Of a DNA stretch of 64,000 nt, positions 13,086 to 26,415 are shown piece after piece. How positions within the stretch are numbered: the stretch's first letter is position 1; every line of letters begins with the position of its first letter. Both the position numbers and the translations under genes were made by a program. The stretch lies in assembly GCF_009914755.1 (NCBI RefSeq), contig NC_060932.1. One strand, written 5' to 3'. This DNA is from the human T2T-CHM13v2.0 reference genome, Homo sapiens. The notes beneath the pieces were generated by a model. The model was not told the DNA's origin, ran no database searches, and saw nothing but the letters and a program-made list of their open reading frames with translations.

Positions 13086-13759
13086 AAATGAGCAGTTCAC
13101 AGTGTTGAGTTTTATATGGGTTTGGAAATTTATTAAAATTAGGTGTTTTTTGCCCACAATTTACTGATATTTTATGATTGAGAAATCACCAAAAGTGCAA
13201 TGGGATGTGTCTTTAATTTTACTCAAGATGCAAAAGACTATTTGTCCCATTGAGCAAGTTTGAATAGTCTTAACAATTAAGTTTTTTTTGTTTGTTTGTA
13301 ACTTTTGTGTTAAGTTCAGAGGTACACATGCAGATGTGTTACATAGGTAAACTTGTGTCATAGCAGCTTGTAATACAGATTATTTCATCACCCAGGTATT
13401 AAACCTAGTACTCCTTAGTTACTTTTTCTGATCCTCTCCCTCCTCCCACCCTCCAACCTCCAACAGACCTCAGTGTGTGTTATTCTCCTATATGTGTCCA
13501 TGTGTTCTCATCATTTAGCTGTCACTTATAAGTGAGAACATGTGACATTTGGTTTTCTGCTCCTGTGTTAGTTTGCTAAAGATAATGGCCTCCAGCTCCA
13601 TCCATGTTCCTGAAAAGGACATGATCTCATTCTTTTTTATGGGCACATAGTATTCCCTGGTGAATATGTACCACATTTTCTTTATTCAGTCTATCATTGA
13701 TGGGCATTTTGGTTTACTCCATGTCTTTGCTATTGTGAATAGTGTTGCAATGAACATAC

Positions 13760-16070
13760 CAGGTGCATGTGTCTTTATAATAGAATGATCTATATTCCTT
13801 TGGGTATATACCCAGTAATAGGATTGCTGGATCAAATGGTATTTCTGTCTTTCAGTCTTTAAGGAATCATCGTACTATCTTCCACAATGGTTGAACTAAT
13901 TTACACTCCTACCAACAGTGTAAAAAAAATTTTCTTTTCTCCACAACCTCACCAGCATCTGTTATTTTTTGACTTTTTAGCAATAGCCATTCAGACTGGT
14001 GTGAAATAGTATCTCATTGTGGTTTTGATTTGCATTTTTCTAATGATCAGGGATGTTGAGCTTTTTTTCATATGATTTTTGGCCACATGTATGTCTTCTT
14101 TTGAAAAGTGTCTGTTGATGTCCTTTGCTCACTTTTTTATAGGTTTGTTTTTTTTATTGTAAATTTGTGTGAGTTCTTTAAAGATGCTGGATATTACACC
14201 TTTGTCAGATTCATGATTTGCACATGTTTTCTCTTATTCTGTAAGTTGTCTGTTTACTCTGTTGATAGTTTCTTTTGCTGTGCAGTAGCTCTTTACTTTG
14301 ATCAGACCCCATCTGCCAATTTTTGCTTTTGTTGCAGTTGCTTTCAGAGTCTTCATCATGAATTTTTGCCCATGCCTATGTCCTGAATGGTATTACCTAG
14401 GTTGTCTTCCAGGGTTTTTATAGTTTTGGGTTTTATATTTAAGTCTTTAATCCATCCTGAGTTAATTTTTATATATGGTGAAAGGAATGGGTCCAGTTCT
14501 AATCTTCTGCATATGGCTAGCCAGTTAACCCAGCATCATTTATTGAATAGGGTATCTTTCCCCATTGTTCGTTTTTATCAAGTTTGGTGAAGATCAGATA
14601 GTAGTAGGTGTATGGTCTTATTTCTAGGATCTCTATTCTGTTCCATTGGTCTATGTGACTGTTTTTGTACCAGTAACATGCTGTTTTTGTTACTGCAGCC
14701 CTATAGCATAGTTTGAAGTTGGGTAGCATTATGCCTCCAGCTTTGTTCTTTTGGCTTAGGATCTACTTGGCTGTTCAGGTTCTTTTTTGGTTCTGTATGA
14801 ATTTTAAAATAGGTTTTTCTAGTTCTGAGAACAATGCCCCTGGTAGTTTTCTAGGAATGGCATTGAATCTAGAAATTGCTTTGGGCAGTATGGCCATTTT
14901 AACGATATTGATTCTTCCTATCTATAAGCATGAAATATTTTTCCATTTGTTTGTGTCATCTCTGATTTCTTTGAGCAGTGGTTTATAGTTTTCATCATAG
15001 AGATTGTTCATCTCCCCGGTTAGCTGTATTCCTAGGTATTTTACTCTTTTTGTGGCAATTGTGAATGGGTGTATGTTCCTGATTTGGCTCTTGGCTCGAA
15101 TGTTGTTGTATAGGAATGCCAGTGATTTTTGCGTATTGATTTTGCATGCTGAGACTTTGCTGGAGTTGTTCATCAGCTTAAGAAGCTTTTGGGATGAGAC
15201 TATGGGGTTTTCTACACAGAGGATCATGTCATCTGAAAACAGGGATAGTTTGACTTCCTCTTTTCCTAGTTGGATGCCCTTTATTTCTTGCTCTGGCATG
15301 ATTGCCCTGGCTAGAACTTTCTATGCTATGTTAAATAGGAGTGGTGAGAGAGGGCATCTTTGTTTTGTGCCACTTTTCCAGGGGAATGGTTTCAGCTCTT
15401 ACCCATTCAGTATGATGTTGACTGTGGGTTTGTCATAGAAGGCTCTTAATATTTTGTGGTATGTTCCTTCAATACCTAGTTTATTGACAGTTTTTAACAT
15501 GAATGGCTGTTGAATTTCATCCAAAGCCTTTTCTGTATCTATTGAGATAATAATGTGGTTTTTGTCTTTAGTTCTGTTTATGTGACGAATTACATTTATT
15601 GATTTGCATATGTTGAACCAACCTTGCATCCCAAGGATAAAGTCTACTTGGTAGCAGTGAATTAGCTTTTTGATGTGCTGCTATATTCAGTTTTTGTTGA
15701 GGATTTTTGCATCAATGTTCATGAAGAATATTGGCCTGAAGTTTTCCTTTTTTGTTGTATCTCTGCGAGGTTTTGGTATCAAGATGATGCTGGACTCATA
15801 GAATGAGGTGGTGAAGAGTCCCTATTCCTTAATTTTTTGGAATAGTTTCAGCTCGAATGATACCAGCTCTTCTTTTTGTATCTGGTAGAATTCTGCTGTG
15901 AATCTGCCTGGTCCTAGGTGTTTTTGGTTTTGTTTGTTTGTTTGTTTGTTTGTTTTTGGTGGTGGTGTTGTTTTAGTAGGCTATTTATTACTGCCCCAAT
16001 ATCAGAGTTTATTATTGGTCTGTTCAGGGATTCAGTTTCCTCCTGGTTCAGACTTAGGAGGGTATATGTG
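13760..16070 (-). pseudogene. disrupted L1 ORF2 (reverse transcriptase/C-terminal part)
   Basis: ORF-track fragments 14517-14729, 14922-15299 and 15399-15629 translate to L1 ORF2p; the FADD motif reads FSDD; multiple stops and frameshifts. Confidence 0.9.
15920..15974. repeat. (TTTG)n / (GGT)n simple repeat expanded inside L1 ORF2
   Basis: tttttggttttgtttgtttgtttgtttgtttgtttttggtggtggtgttg. Confidence 0.85.
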
Positions 16071-17889
16071 AAACAGCAAAAATGGCAGCCTGCCCCTCCT
16101 TCTGGGAATTCTGTCCAAGGGAGGTCCAGGCCTGTTGCTGGACTGAACATACCTGTAGGAGGTGGCTAAAGACCCCAGTAGGGAAGTCTCTCCCAGTCAG
16201 GAGGAACGGAATTAGGGACCTGTTTAAAAAAGATATCTGGCCATGTTTTCGTAGAGCACCTATGCTGTGATGGGGGTCCGCTTCAGACCTCGGTCACCTC
16301 GGACACGCCAAAGCCCCAAAACTGGAATGGGTAAGGAACCCAAACAGCAAAGATGACAGCCGACCCCTCCCTCTGCGAGCTCCATCCCAGGGAGGCCTGA
16401 AACCACTGTTAGCCAGGGAACAGGAACGCTGGTGGAGTTAGCCAGAGACCCCGACTGGGAGGCTCCACCCAGTGGTGAGAAACAGGATTGGGGACCCGCT
16501 TAAAGAAGCAGTCTAGCCATGCTTTTGTAGGGCCACTGTGCTGTGCTGGGGACCACTTCCACCCCCAATCGGCTTGGGCTCTCCTAAGCCCGAAGACTGG
16601 AATAGGTAAGTTGCCCAAACCCCAAAGATGGTGGCCCGCCCCTCCCTCTGGGAGCTCTGTCTCAGGGAATTTTCAAATCTCTGTCAGCCGGAGAATACCG
16701 GTGGGGTTGGCTGGAGGTCCCGGCAGAGATTGAGTATAATCCAACCTGTATTTTCAGTGCCTGCGTTATCTGACACGTAATGGGTTTGTAGTAAATGCAG
16801 AGTCGACGCTTAATGAATAAAAAAATAAATATTTATTTGATTTGATTCCTGTATCTATGAATGTTCTCACCTATAGTCAAGGCAGTTATTTTTCTAAATA
16901 GAATAATATTCTTGGTGCTAATAGCTCCTTATCTTTAACACATACAGCAGGACCTGGATTAACCAGATTATTTTTAATATCTGCTCTTTCCTCTACTCAA
17001 AGTTAATGCTAGAGTTGACAATTTTCTTACTTCCAGTAAAATAATGCATATTTGAAAATCCTAAAAATGTAAAGCTCAATCAAGAAGAACTTATAGTACA
17101 AATGCAAACACAGTAGTTAACTCTCTAATATGTATTTCCCTTTTTACTGAAGAGAAGCCTACACCTGCCACTTTACTAACATAGAAATGTTATTTAGATG
17201 TTATTTAGAAAATAGGTGTGAAGAATTCTCTGAAAGGTGATATACAACTACAAAGTGTCATTATAATATTCAAGCTGGTATTTTGATTCTTGTGTCTCTA
17301 GAAATTCTGTTTCTCTTACAACAAATTCTTGAATAATTTTCAGAAGATTGCTATACAAGTCATTCTTCACATATCAGCTCTAATGGCCCATATGCTACTT
17401 AGGAAGCATTAGCACCTTCCTGCGGAAATATTCACTAACACATGATGTAAACTTCTGTAGCATTAGTTGTAATGCTACAGGTGCAAAATTTGTTATAATA
17501 TAAAGACATATGAGCTTCAGTTTTTAAAACATTTAAATTGACTTTTCAGTTGTAATCATTTTTTAAAAAGTATTTTTCCATACGTGGGAGGGAAACAAAG
17601 TTCTTCCACACTTTTGAGGCAATGTAACACAAAAAAATTTAATTTCACCTTTGAATTTAAAAAGAACTTGAAAAACATATAATTCTTAAATGCAGGTGAT
17701 AACACCAGGATTCCAATAACCCCATACTCTGTTCTTAGAACAGCTGCATTTATAGCTGCCCCTCTATGTACCAGAAAACTAAGACCAGTCAAGGAAAGAT
17801 ATCTTACACACGAACACTGAAACTGGTAAATATAATACTAAAAATAATGCTAGATAAGGAAGCTACAGAAGCATTCTTAGGGATTTTCT

Positions 17890-18085
17890 AAATTTCATTT
17901 CATGCATTTCCTCACTTAATCTTCAAGGCAACCCTATAGTGTGGATGCTCCTATCCTTCCTGTTTCCTATCCAAAGAAACTAAACTGAAGAAAGTTATAA
18001 CTAGGCCAAACTCATACAACTGGCATTTGGAAAATGTGAGATTTGTCTACCACTGGCAGACCAAAACTTGGGGCACTCTGCACTA
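17890..18085 (-). mobile_element. MIR SINE
   Basis: cctcacttaatcttcaaggcaaccctatag...aagaaactaaactgaagaaagttataactaggccaa. Confidence 0.55.
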
Positions 18086-18604
18086 CTGCATGCCAGCATT
18101 TTAAAAAGTCATCAGTGCTGAATTCTTCAACTTGTGGAATAAGAAGTGTAAATCTTGGAGAACCTGTTCCTCAGTGATTATATTTTTTAAAAAATAATAT
18201 TAAATAAACTACTGTAAGGAACATTTTAATCCTGGAAAGGAAGTACTACAAGACATGAAATTCAGGTCACTGTCCTAATTCACAAATCGTCAGCAGAAAA
18301 GAGCCTTCTATTGTGGTTGTGCAGGTATCATAACTCATAACCCAAATATCAAGAGGTAAATCTGTATGTATTTGTAGTTCAATACTAATATTCCTATGAG
18401 TTACAACCTGCATTCACAATACCTACTAGTACTGATTCTCCATTTTCTTCAGCTTAGACTTGCATGTAGAAATCAAAGCCAAAGAGCTAAAAGCTTATTT
18501 ACAGAGGAAGCAATAACTGGAAGGTATTGGTGACTTTTGTTTTAGCTGGTTTTTACTCTATGAAAAATATGTGTTCAATTCAGGAAGCAATAGTAAATAT
18601 ATAA

Positions 18605-20030
18605 TCATTCATTCCACAAGTATTTACTGAGAACCTACTATGTAACGGGCACCACTGCTGGGTCTAGAGCTGACAAAGTTCTTGTTTCCATGGAACTAAA
18701 TATTCTAGTTGTCTAATTAAAAGTATGTAATTCTAATTTTTAAATACATAATTGTCTAATAGCAATAGGCAACAAACAAACTAGCAAATATAGTGTCAAG
18801 TACCAAAAGGTGGGTGTGTGGTAACATGGGTAGCATTTACCATAGAGATAAGAAAAGGCTTCTCATAAAAAGTGACATTTAAAAGGTACCTAAAAGAAAA
18901 CAGGGAGTGAGACAACCTGACATAAAGAAAAGGTCTCAGAACAAATAGAAAGTGCCAAAGCTTTGACATGCAAACTGGCTTGGCACCTTCATAAGACACA
19001 TAGGAGTTTGATGTGGCTGGAATGGAGTTAAGTGAGTTGGAGAAAATGGGGGAAGAAGGGGAGCCTGATAGGAGACTAAGTATTGAAGATAGTGTTGAGA
19101 AGGGTGAGGTACAGATCTTGTAGAGCGATGAAGCGCACAAGAAAGCTTTTAAGTATTTCTTCAGAGGGATTTGGGAAACGATCAGTGAATTCTGGGTAGA
19201 TGATAGATATGATGATGTGCTTTAAAATAATCACCCTGAAAACAAGGTTACAAATAGTCTGTAGGGCAGCAAAGGCAGAAACAAAGAGAAGAGTTAAGAA
19301 GCAGTTACAATGATACCACTAAGAAATGTCAGGGACTTAGATGCAAGAAGTCATGGTAGAAGGGGAGGTGTATTCTGATAGTGCATGTACCAGATATCAT
19401 GACAGATTTGATGTGAGATGTGACAAAAGGAATCTAAGATGACTGACATGAGTCGCTAAAGAATGAATTTGTCCTATTCTGAAATGGGACAGATTAGGAG
19501 AGGAGCAGGTGGGAGAGGAAGAGAAATTTAGAGTTTGGCCTTGAACCTATTAATTTGTGATGCTTATTAGATATTCAAGTAGTGATGATTATACAAGTTT
19601 GGATTGCAGGTGAGCAGTCCATGTTAGAGATACAAAATTTGGCTGTAAAATAATTAAAGGCCATAGGTGTGAACAAGATCACTTAAAAAATGAATGGAGA
19701 TGTGGGATGGTAGAGGTCCAAAGAATGAGCTGTGGGGGATTCGTTATTTAAAGAACATAAGACTGAAAAAAGAAAATCAGGTAAGGTATAGAAGAACCAG
19801 GTAATAGGAGCCCTGGAAGTCATGCGAAGAAAGTGTTCAAAGGAGGACAAGATAAGCTATGGCAAATGCATCTGATAAGCTTATTTACATGAAGACTGAG
19901 AAATGATCATTAACTATCACATTATCTAGTCAGTAGTGATTGGTCTATGGCAATTTTAGTTCAGAGGCGAGAAATAAATTTGGATTGGAATGAATTCAGG
20001 AAAGATTTGAAGGAGACTTGCTGCCAATGG
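18605..20030 (-). mobile_element. L2 (L2a-like) LINE, ~1.4 kb including the 3' end
   Basis: Starts with the L2 tail tcattcattccacaagtatttactgagaacctactatgt and continues through typical antisense L2 (aagtgacatttaa..., gagtttggccttgaacctattaatttgtgatgcttattagatattcaagt). Confidence 0.85.
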
Positions 20031-20777
20031 CAAGTGTAAACACAACATGGTGACTATATTTTCCTAACAAAAATTCAGGATATATGGTATCATACATCAT
20101 CTGTTAGGAGTCAGAACATTTAAACTTAATACTGTTCTAGCAAACCCAAGATCTACACTGGGATGTTACAATGCAATTATATTTACATTCAACTTTCCTT
20201 TAATAGAGCAAGCCCAGTAACTTAATCTTCACAAATTCTTACTTCCTAAAGATAGCTTGTCACAGCAGGCATCCATGGCGGATTGATAAATGTCTATCAA
20301 AAGCTTTAGTCCTTGTATGATTTAGTAGGATGTTTCCTGAAGCATAAGGCCAAATACTATTTCTAAATTTAAAATATCCTACATATGATGTTTACGCAAG
20401 TGTGCTTACTACCACATTTTCTCTCCATGAATAATGCATGTCCTATGCAACTTGAGTCCCAAATAAGAAAAATGCTATACATCTAATAATCCATATTAAA
20501 TACAAGAATAAAAGCGCTTTTCTGGATAATTTAATCCTTGAAATAAAAGGAGTTACTGGATTACTTCTATACAGAAAAGAAAATAAAGTCGAATAATTTT
20601 CTCCTTTTCTCTCTTATATTTTTTATTGCCGTTAATTTCCATAACTGTTCAAATAAATGAATTCTACTTTAAAGCCACAGAGCAAAACTAGATAATGAAT
20701 GGGTCATTCTAGACCAACATGAAACAGCCAAAGTAGTGGAAAGTATATACACTTCGAATAAAAAAATGCAAATATGA

Positions 20778-21112
<335 letters not shown>

Positions 21113-21329
21113 ACTTTTTTATTTCAAACAAGTCAAGCAACCTCTGTCCTGTCTAGATCATACAAACATTATCTTATTAAAATTTAAATTCAAAAGGAAA
21201 ATGCAACTGTGGCTATCAAGCTGCAGGATTACTTGTGACTGATTATTTTAATGGATTGACTAACTTGTCAGCTAGAGCTTAATAATGTACGCCAGCTATT
21301 AATTAAGTAGTCCCCACTGTCTCTAGTAG

Positions 21330-21450
21330 AGTGAGCTCTGGACTCAGCTGTCAGGAGATTGGGAATTGAATTTTAGCTCCAAGGTATACCAGTTAAGTGA
21401 CATTTTGTTGGTGATGTGACTTTGAATCTTAGTTATATTATCCATAAATT
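21330..21450 (+). mobile_element. MIR fragment
   Basis: gagctctggactcagctgtcaggagattgggaattgaattttagctcc...gtgactttg. Confidence 0.5.
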
Positions 21451-21539
21451 AACAGCATCACAGTTGTTGTGTTTATGTGTTAGAGAAAGACAGATTGAGA
21501 GAGACATAAGTGAGATAACGTATGCTCTAATCAGTGTTT

Positions 21540-22600
21540 CCTCCTGTGTCCTCAGACAATTATTTCCTCTTTTTTGTCTTCAACTCCTTCCTCTTTTCTG
21601 TTCAAATTAATCTCAATCCCTCTCTCGGCCATACATCCTTCTCCATCTTTTGTTTCCTCCCCGTTAGAGCCAATTTTTTAAGAGTTGTATACATGTGCAC
21701 ACACTTGTGCTCTCCCCCTCTTCCTTTCCCTCTTTCAGTCCTCACTTTAGATAAGACATTTTGTGGAATGTCTTACTTGTGTGTTCAACAGGTACCTACA
21801 ATTAACCTCCATCCACAAAAATGTATTACTCATACCCCAAAACTCACATTTTTTCTTAAATTCCCATTTCTCAGGTTTATAACTTGAACAAGAGGAAACA
21901 GTGTATATCCTCTTGCTTAAGCCATAAATTTTGGAAAATAATCTTCACACCTACTCTTCTCCAACTCGCTGCAATTAATTCATCACCAGGTGCTGTTGAT
22001 TCTACCTCTATGCACTTCCGTACACTTCTCCCTATGGCAGTTGCATCAAATTACCTCCTCCGTCATTTATTGTCTGGATTCCCCCAATGGCCTCCTAACT
22101 GGGCTCCTTGCAAGCATATTTGCTGAAAGTAATACTTCCAAATGTAATCTGATGTCTTCCTCTTTCTTAAGAACTTTCAGGCCAGATACAATGGTACATG
22201 CCTGTTGACCCCTCTACTGAAGAGGCTGAGCTAGAAGGATTGCCTGAGCCAAGGAGTTTGAGGCCAGCCTGGTCAACATAGCGAGATCCCGGTCTCCAAA
22301 CAAAAAGACCTTTCAGTGGTTCCTTATTTCGTATTTCCCTATTTCCTTAGAAAAGTATCTAAAATTCTTTAGATTCATTTGATTTTAAAAGTCAGTGTAA
22401 ATCTAGATGGTGCTAATTTGTCCACTGTGATCCCTTGCCACTCTCCCCTATTAAGATATACACCACCGATTTTGAATTATTGCCCTCCCCTTTTTTGTAT
22501 ATGTACCATGTCCCTTCATCTCTAGCCTTTCACATTTGATTATCTCCTCTGGCAATCTCTCATGAACCCAAAGGTTTGAACAAGTGAATACATCATGAAA
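21540..22600 (+). mobile_element. L2 fragments (interrupted by a FLAM)
   Basis: Pyrimidine-rich L2 sense motifs such as caatggcctcctaactgggctcc and agacctttcagtggttcctta. Confidence 0.6.
22180..22304 (+). mobile_element. FLAM (free left Alu monomer)
   Basis: Single Alu monomer with short A tail; TSD aagaactttcag (22169-22180) / aagacctttcag (22305-22316). Confidence 0.85.
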
Positions 22601-22614
22601 TCTCAGTTAGTACT

Positions 22615-25223
22615 TGTAATAGTCTGTTCTCCTACTGCTAATGAAGACATACTTCAAACTGGCTAATTTATAAAGAAAGGAAGTTTAATTGACTCACAGT
22701 TCAGCATGGCTAGGGAGGCCTCAAAATCATGGTGGAAGGCAAAGGAGGAGCAAAGTCACATCTTACATAGCAACTGGCAAAGAGAGTTTGTGCAGGGAAA
22801 CTCCCATTTATAAAACCATCAGATATCATGAGACTTATTCACTACCACAAGAACAGGATGGGGGAAACTATCTCCACTTGGCCCTTCCCTTGACACATGG
22901 GCATTATTGCAATTCAAGGTGAGATTTGTGTGGTGACACAGCCAAACCATATCATTATGCCCCTGGCCCCTCACAACTATTGTGTCTTCACATTTCAAAG
23001 CCAACATGCCTTCCTAAAAGTCCCCCAAAGCCTTAACTCATTTCAGCATTAACTCAAAAGTCCACAGTCCAAAGTCTCTTCTGAGACAGGGCAAGTCCCT
23101 TCCATTTATGTGCCTGTAAAATCAAAAGCAAGTTAGTTACTTCCTACATACAATGGGGGTACAGGTGTTGGGTAAATACAGCCATTCCAAATGGGAGACA
23201 CTGTCCAAAACAATGGGGCTACAGCCCCCAGACAAGTCTGAAATCCAGTGGGGCAGTCAAATCTTAAAGCTCTAAAATATTCTCCTTTGTCTCACTCCAT
23301 GTCTCAGAACCAGGTCATGCTAATGCAAGAGGCAGGTTCCCATGGTCTTGGGCAGCTCCACCGCTGTGCCTTTCAATTGTACAGCCTCCTTCCTCCTTTC
23401 TGGCTGCTGTCACAGGCTGGCATTAGTGTGTGTGGCCTTTCAAGGTGCACAATGCAAGTTGTTGGTAGATCTACCATTCTGGGGTCTAGAGGACAGTGGC
23501 CCTCTTCTCACAGCTCCACTATGCAGTGCCCCAGTGGGGACTTTGTGTGGGGGGTCCAACCCCACATTTCCCTTCTGCACTACCCTAGCAGAGGTTCTCT
23601 ATGAGGGCACCACCCCTGCAGCACAGCTCTGCCCGAACATCCAGGCATTTCTATACATCCTCTGAAATCTAGGTGGAGGTTCTCAAATCTCAATTCTTGA
23701 CTTCTGTGAACCCGCAAGCTCGACACCACATGGAAGCTGCCAAGGCTTGAGGCTTGCAACCTCTGAAGCCATGGCCCAAGTTGTACCTTGGCCCCCGTTA
23801 GCCACTGCTGGAGCAGCTGGGATGCAGGGCACCAAGTCCTTAGCCTGCACAGAGCAGGGGGACCCTGGGCCCGGCCCACAAAACCATTTTTCCTCCTAGG
23901 CCTCCTGGTTTGTGATAGGAGGGGCTGCTGTGAAGACCTCTAACATACCCTGGAGACATTTTCCCCATTGTCTCAGCAATTAACATTGAGCTGCTCATTA
24001 CTTATTCAAATTTCTGCAGCCGGTTTGAGATTTGAATTTCTCCTCAGAACATGAGTTTTTCTTTTCTATCACAACATCAAGCTGCAAATTTTCTGAATTT
24101 TTATGCTCTGCTTCCTTTTAAACATGAGTTCTGATTCCACACCACATCTTTGTGAATACATAAAGCTGAACGCTTTTAACAATATCCAAGTCACCTGTTG
24201 AATGCTTTGCTGTTTAGGAATTTCTTCTGCCAGATGCCCTAAATCATCTCTCTCAAGTTCAAAGTTTCACAAATCTCTAGGTCAGGGGAAAAATGCCACA
24301 AGTCTCTTTGCAAAAACATAGCAAGAGTCACCTTTGCTCCAGTTCCCAACAAGTTCCTCATCTCCATCTGAGACCACCTCAGCCTGGACTTTATTGTCCA
24401 TATCACTATTAGTATTTTGGTCAAAGCCATTCAATGAGTCTAGAAAGTTCCAAACTTTTCCACGTCTTCCTGTCTTCTTCTGAGCCCTCCAAACTGTTCC
24501 AGCCTTTACCTGTTACCCAGCTCCAAAGTCACTTCCACATTTTTGGGAATCTTTTCAGCAGCACCTCACTTCTGGTATCAATTTACTGTATTAGTCCATT
24601 CTCATGCTGCTAATAAAGACATACTTGAGACTGAGTTTAATTGACTCACAGTTCCACATGGCTCAGGAGGCCTCACAATAATGGCGGAAGGTGAATGAGG
24701 AGCAAAGTCATATCTTACTTGATGGCAGGCAAAGAGAGTTTATGCAGGCTAACTCCCCTTTATGAAACCATCAGATCTCACGAAACTTATTCACTGTCAC
24801 GAGAGCAGTATGGGGGAAGCCAGCCCCATGATTCAATTATCTCCATCTGGCCCTGCCTTTGACATTTGGGTATAATTAAAATTCAAGGGCCAGGTGCAGG
24901 TGGCTCATGCTTATAATCCCAGCACTCTGGGAGACTGAGGCAAGTGGATCACAAGGTCAGGAGTTTGAGACCAGCCTGGCCAGCATGGTGAAACCCCGTC
25001 TCTACTAAAGATACAAAAAATTAGCCAGGCATGGTGGTGCACACGTGTAATCTCTGCTATTCAGGAGGCTGAGGCAGGAGAATCACTTGAACCTGGGAGG
25101 TGGAGTTTGCAGTGAGCCGAGATTGTGCAACTGCACTCCAGCCTGGGCTACAGGGCAAGACTCCATCTCAATAATAATAATAATAATAAAATTTCAAGGT
25201 GGGGACAGAGCCATATCATATCA
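22615..25223 (-). mobile_element. complete THE1 (THE1D-like) MaLR provirus: 3' LTR 22615-22954, internal 22955-24586, 5' LTR 24587-25223
   Basis: Two THE1 LTRs flank a ~1.63-kb THE1-int; junctions ccatatca|ttatgcccctggcccc and tctggtatcaatttac|tgtattag; perfect TSD GTACT at 22610-22614 and 25224-25228. Confidence 0.96.
24888..25187 (+). mobile_element. AluS (Sg-like) inserted in the THE1 5' LTR
   Basis: Full dimer with ggatcacaaggtcaggag (2-bp deletion type) and (AAT)n tail; TSD aaaattcaag / aaatttcaag. Confidence 0.92.
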
Positions 25224-25882
25224 GTACTTCTCCTGGTGAAGCACTTTTCAAATTATATTGATATGCCATATCATTACAATCTGAGGTCCACATAAATATA
25301 TCCATTGAGCTTAGGTTGGATATCTCAGAATTTTCATAGTGTTTGGCTCTTAGTGACTACTTGATTAAAAAGTCTGATAAAGAATTGTGCAAACTGTTAA
25401 CCATTATATAATTGAAAGGAATATTATCTAACTGAAATTCTTGTAAAACATAGGTATAAATAACTTACATTTCTTATACCTGTTGCCACATGACTGAATT
25501 TACCATTTAAATTTATGTTTTAGAGAAAGCAACTATTTACTTGCTCTATAAAAAACTATAACCCAAAGAAACTTTTTTCAGTTTTATCTGTTGAAACTAT
25601 AATTTCACTGCCATTTTATGTAACAACCATTTATATTTCAAAACATATGAAAAAGTGTACTTTTATTAGATAAATCTAAAAATACCAGTAAATCTTTTTT
25701 TTTTATAATGGATAATATAATGGAGGGCTTCTATTAAGTTTAATGTAAATATTTTTTAATTCAGTAGTAGTTCATATAAATGAAAGAATCATAATTTTCA
25801 GAAATCCTCAGGTGATTTTTTTTAAGTGAATACTTTGTCAACAAACGAGCCACAAGTTCAGTTTAGTGAGAAGAGTTTCTCC

Positions 25883-26225
<343 letters not shown>

Positions 26226-26415
26226 CTACATTGAAAAAAATTATTAATGCCTTGTTTGATAATAGAGAATAAGCATCACTATAATTAGCTGCTACAGAAG
26301 TCTAAAACATGTAACAAAATATATCATTTAATAAATTGCTACTAGCTACTAAAAACTCTCCTAGAAGCCTTTAAAATATTATAGTTTTTCATAAAATCCT
26401 TTCTTCTTAGGGAGC

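Larger units (their letters stand above)
13282..16730 (-). mobile_element. L1PA13-like LINE-1: 3' UTR plus 3' part of ORF2 (13282-~16070) joined directly to 5'-UTR-like sequence (~16071-16730)
   Basis: T-rich tail at 13282 and an L1PA13-type 3' UTR; ORF2 peptide remnants [58 protein letters not shown]; GC-rich 5' UTR-like repeats at the right end. Confidence 0.9.

Noticed and set aside
16823-16838. 16-bp palindrome aaataaatatttattt
   Set aside because: Pure A/T; expected by chance in this composition.
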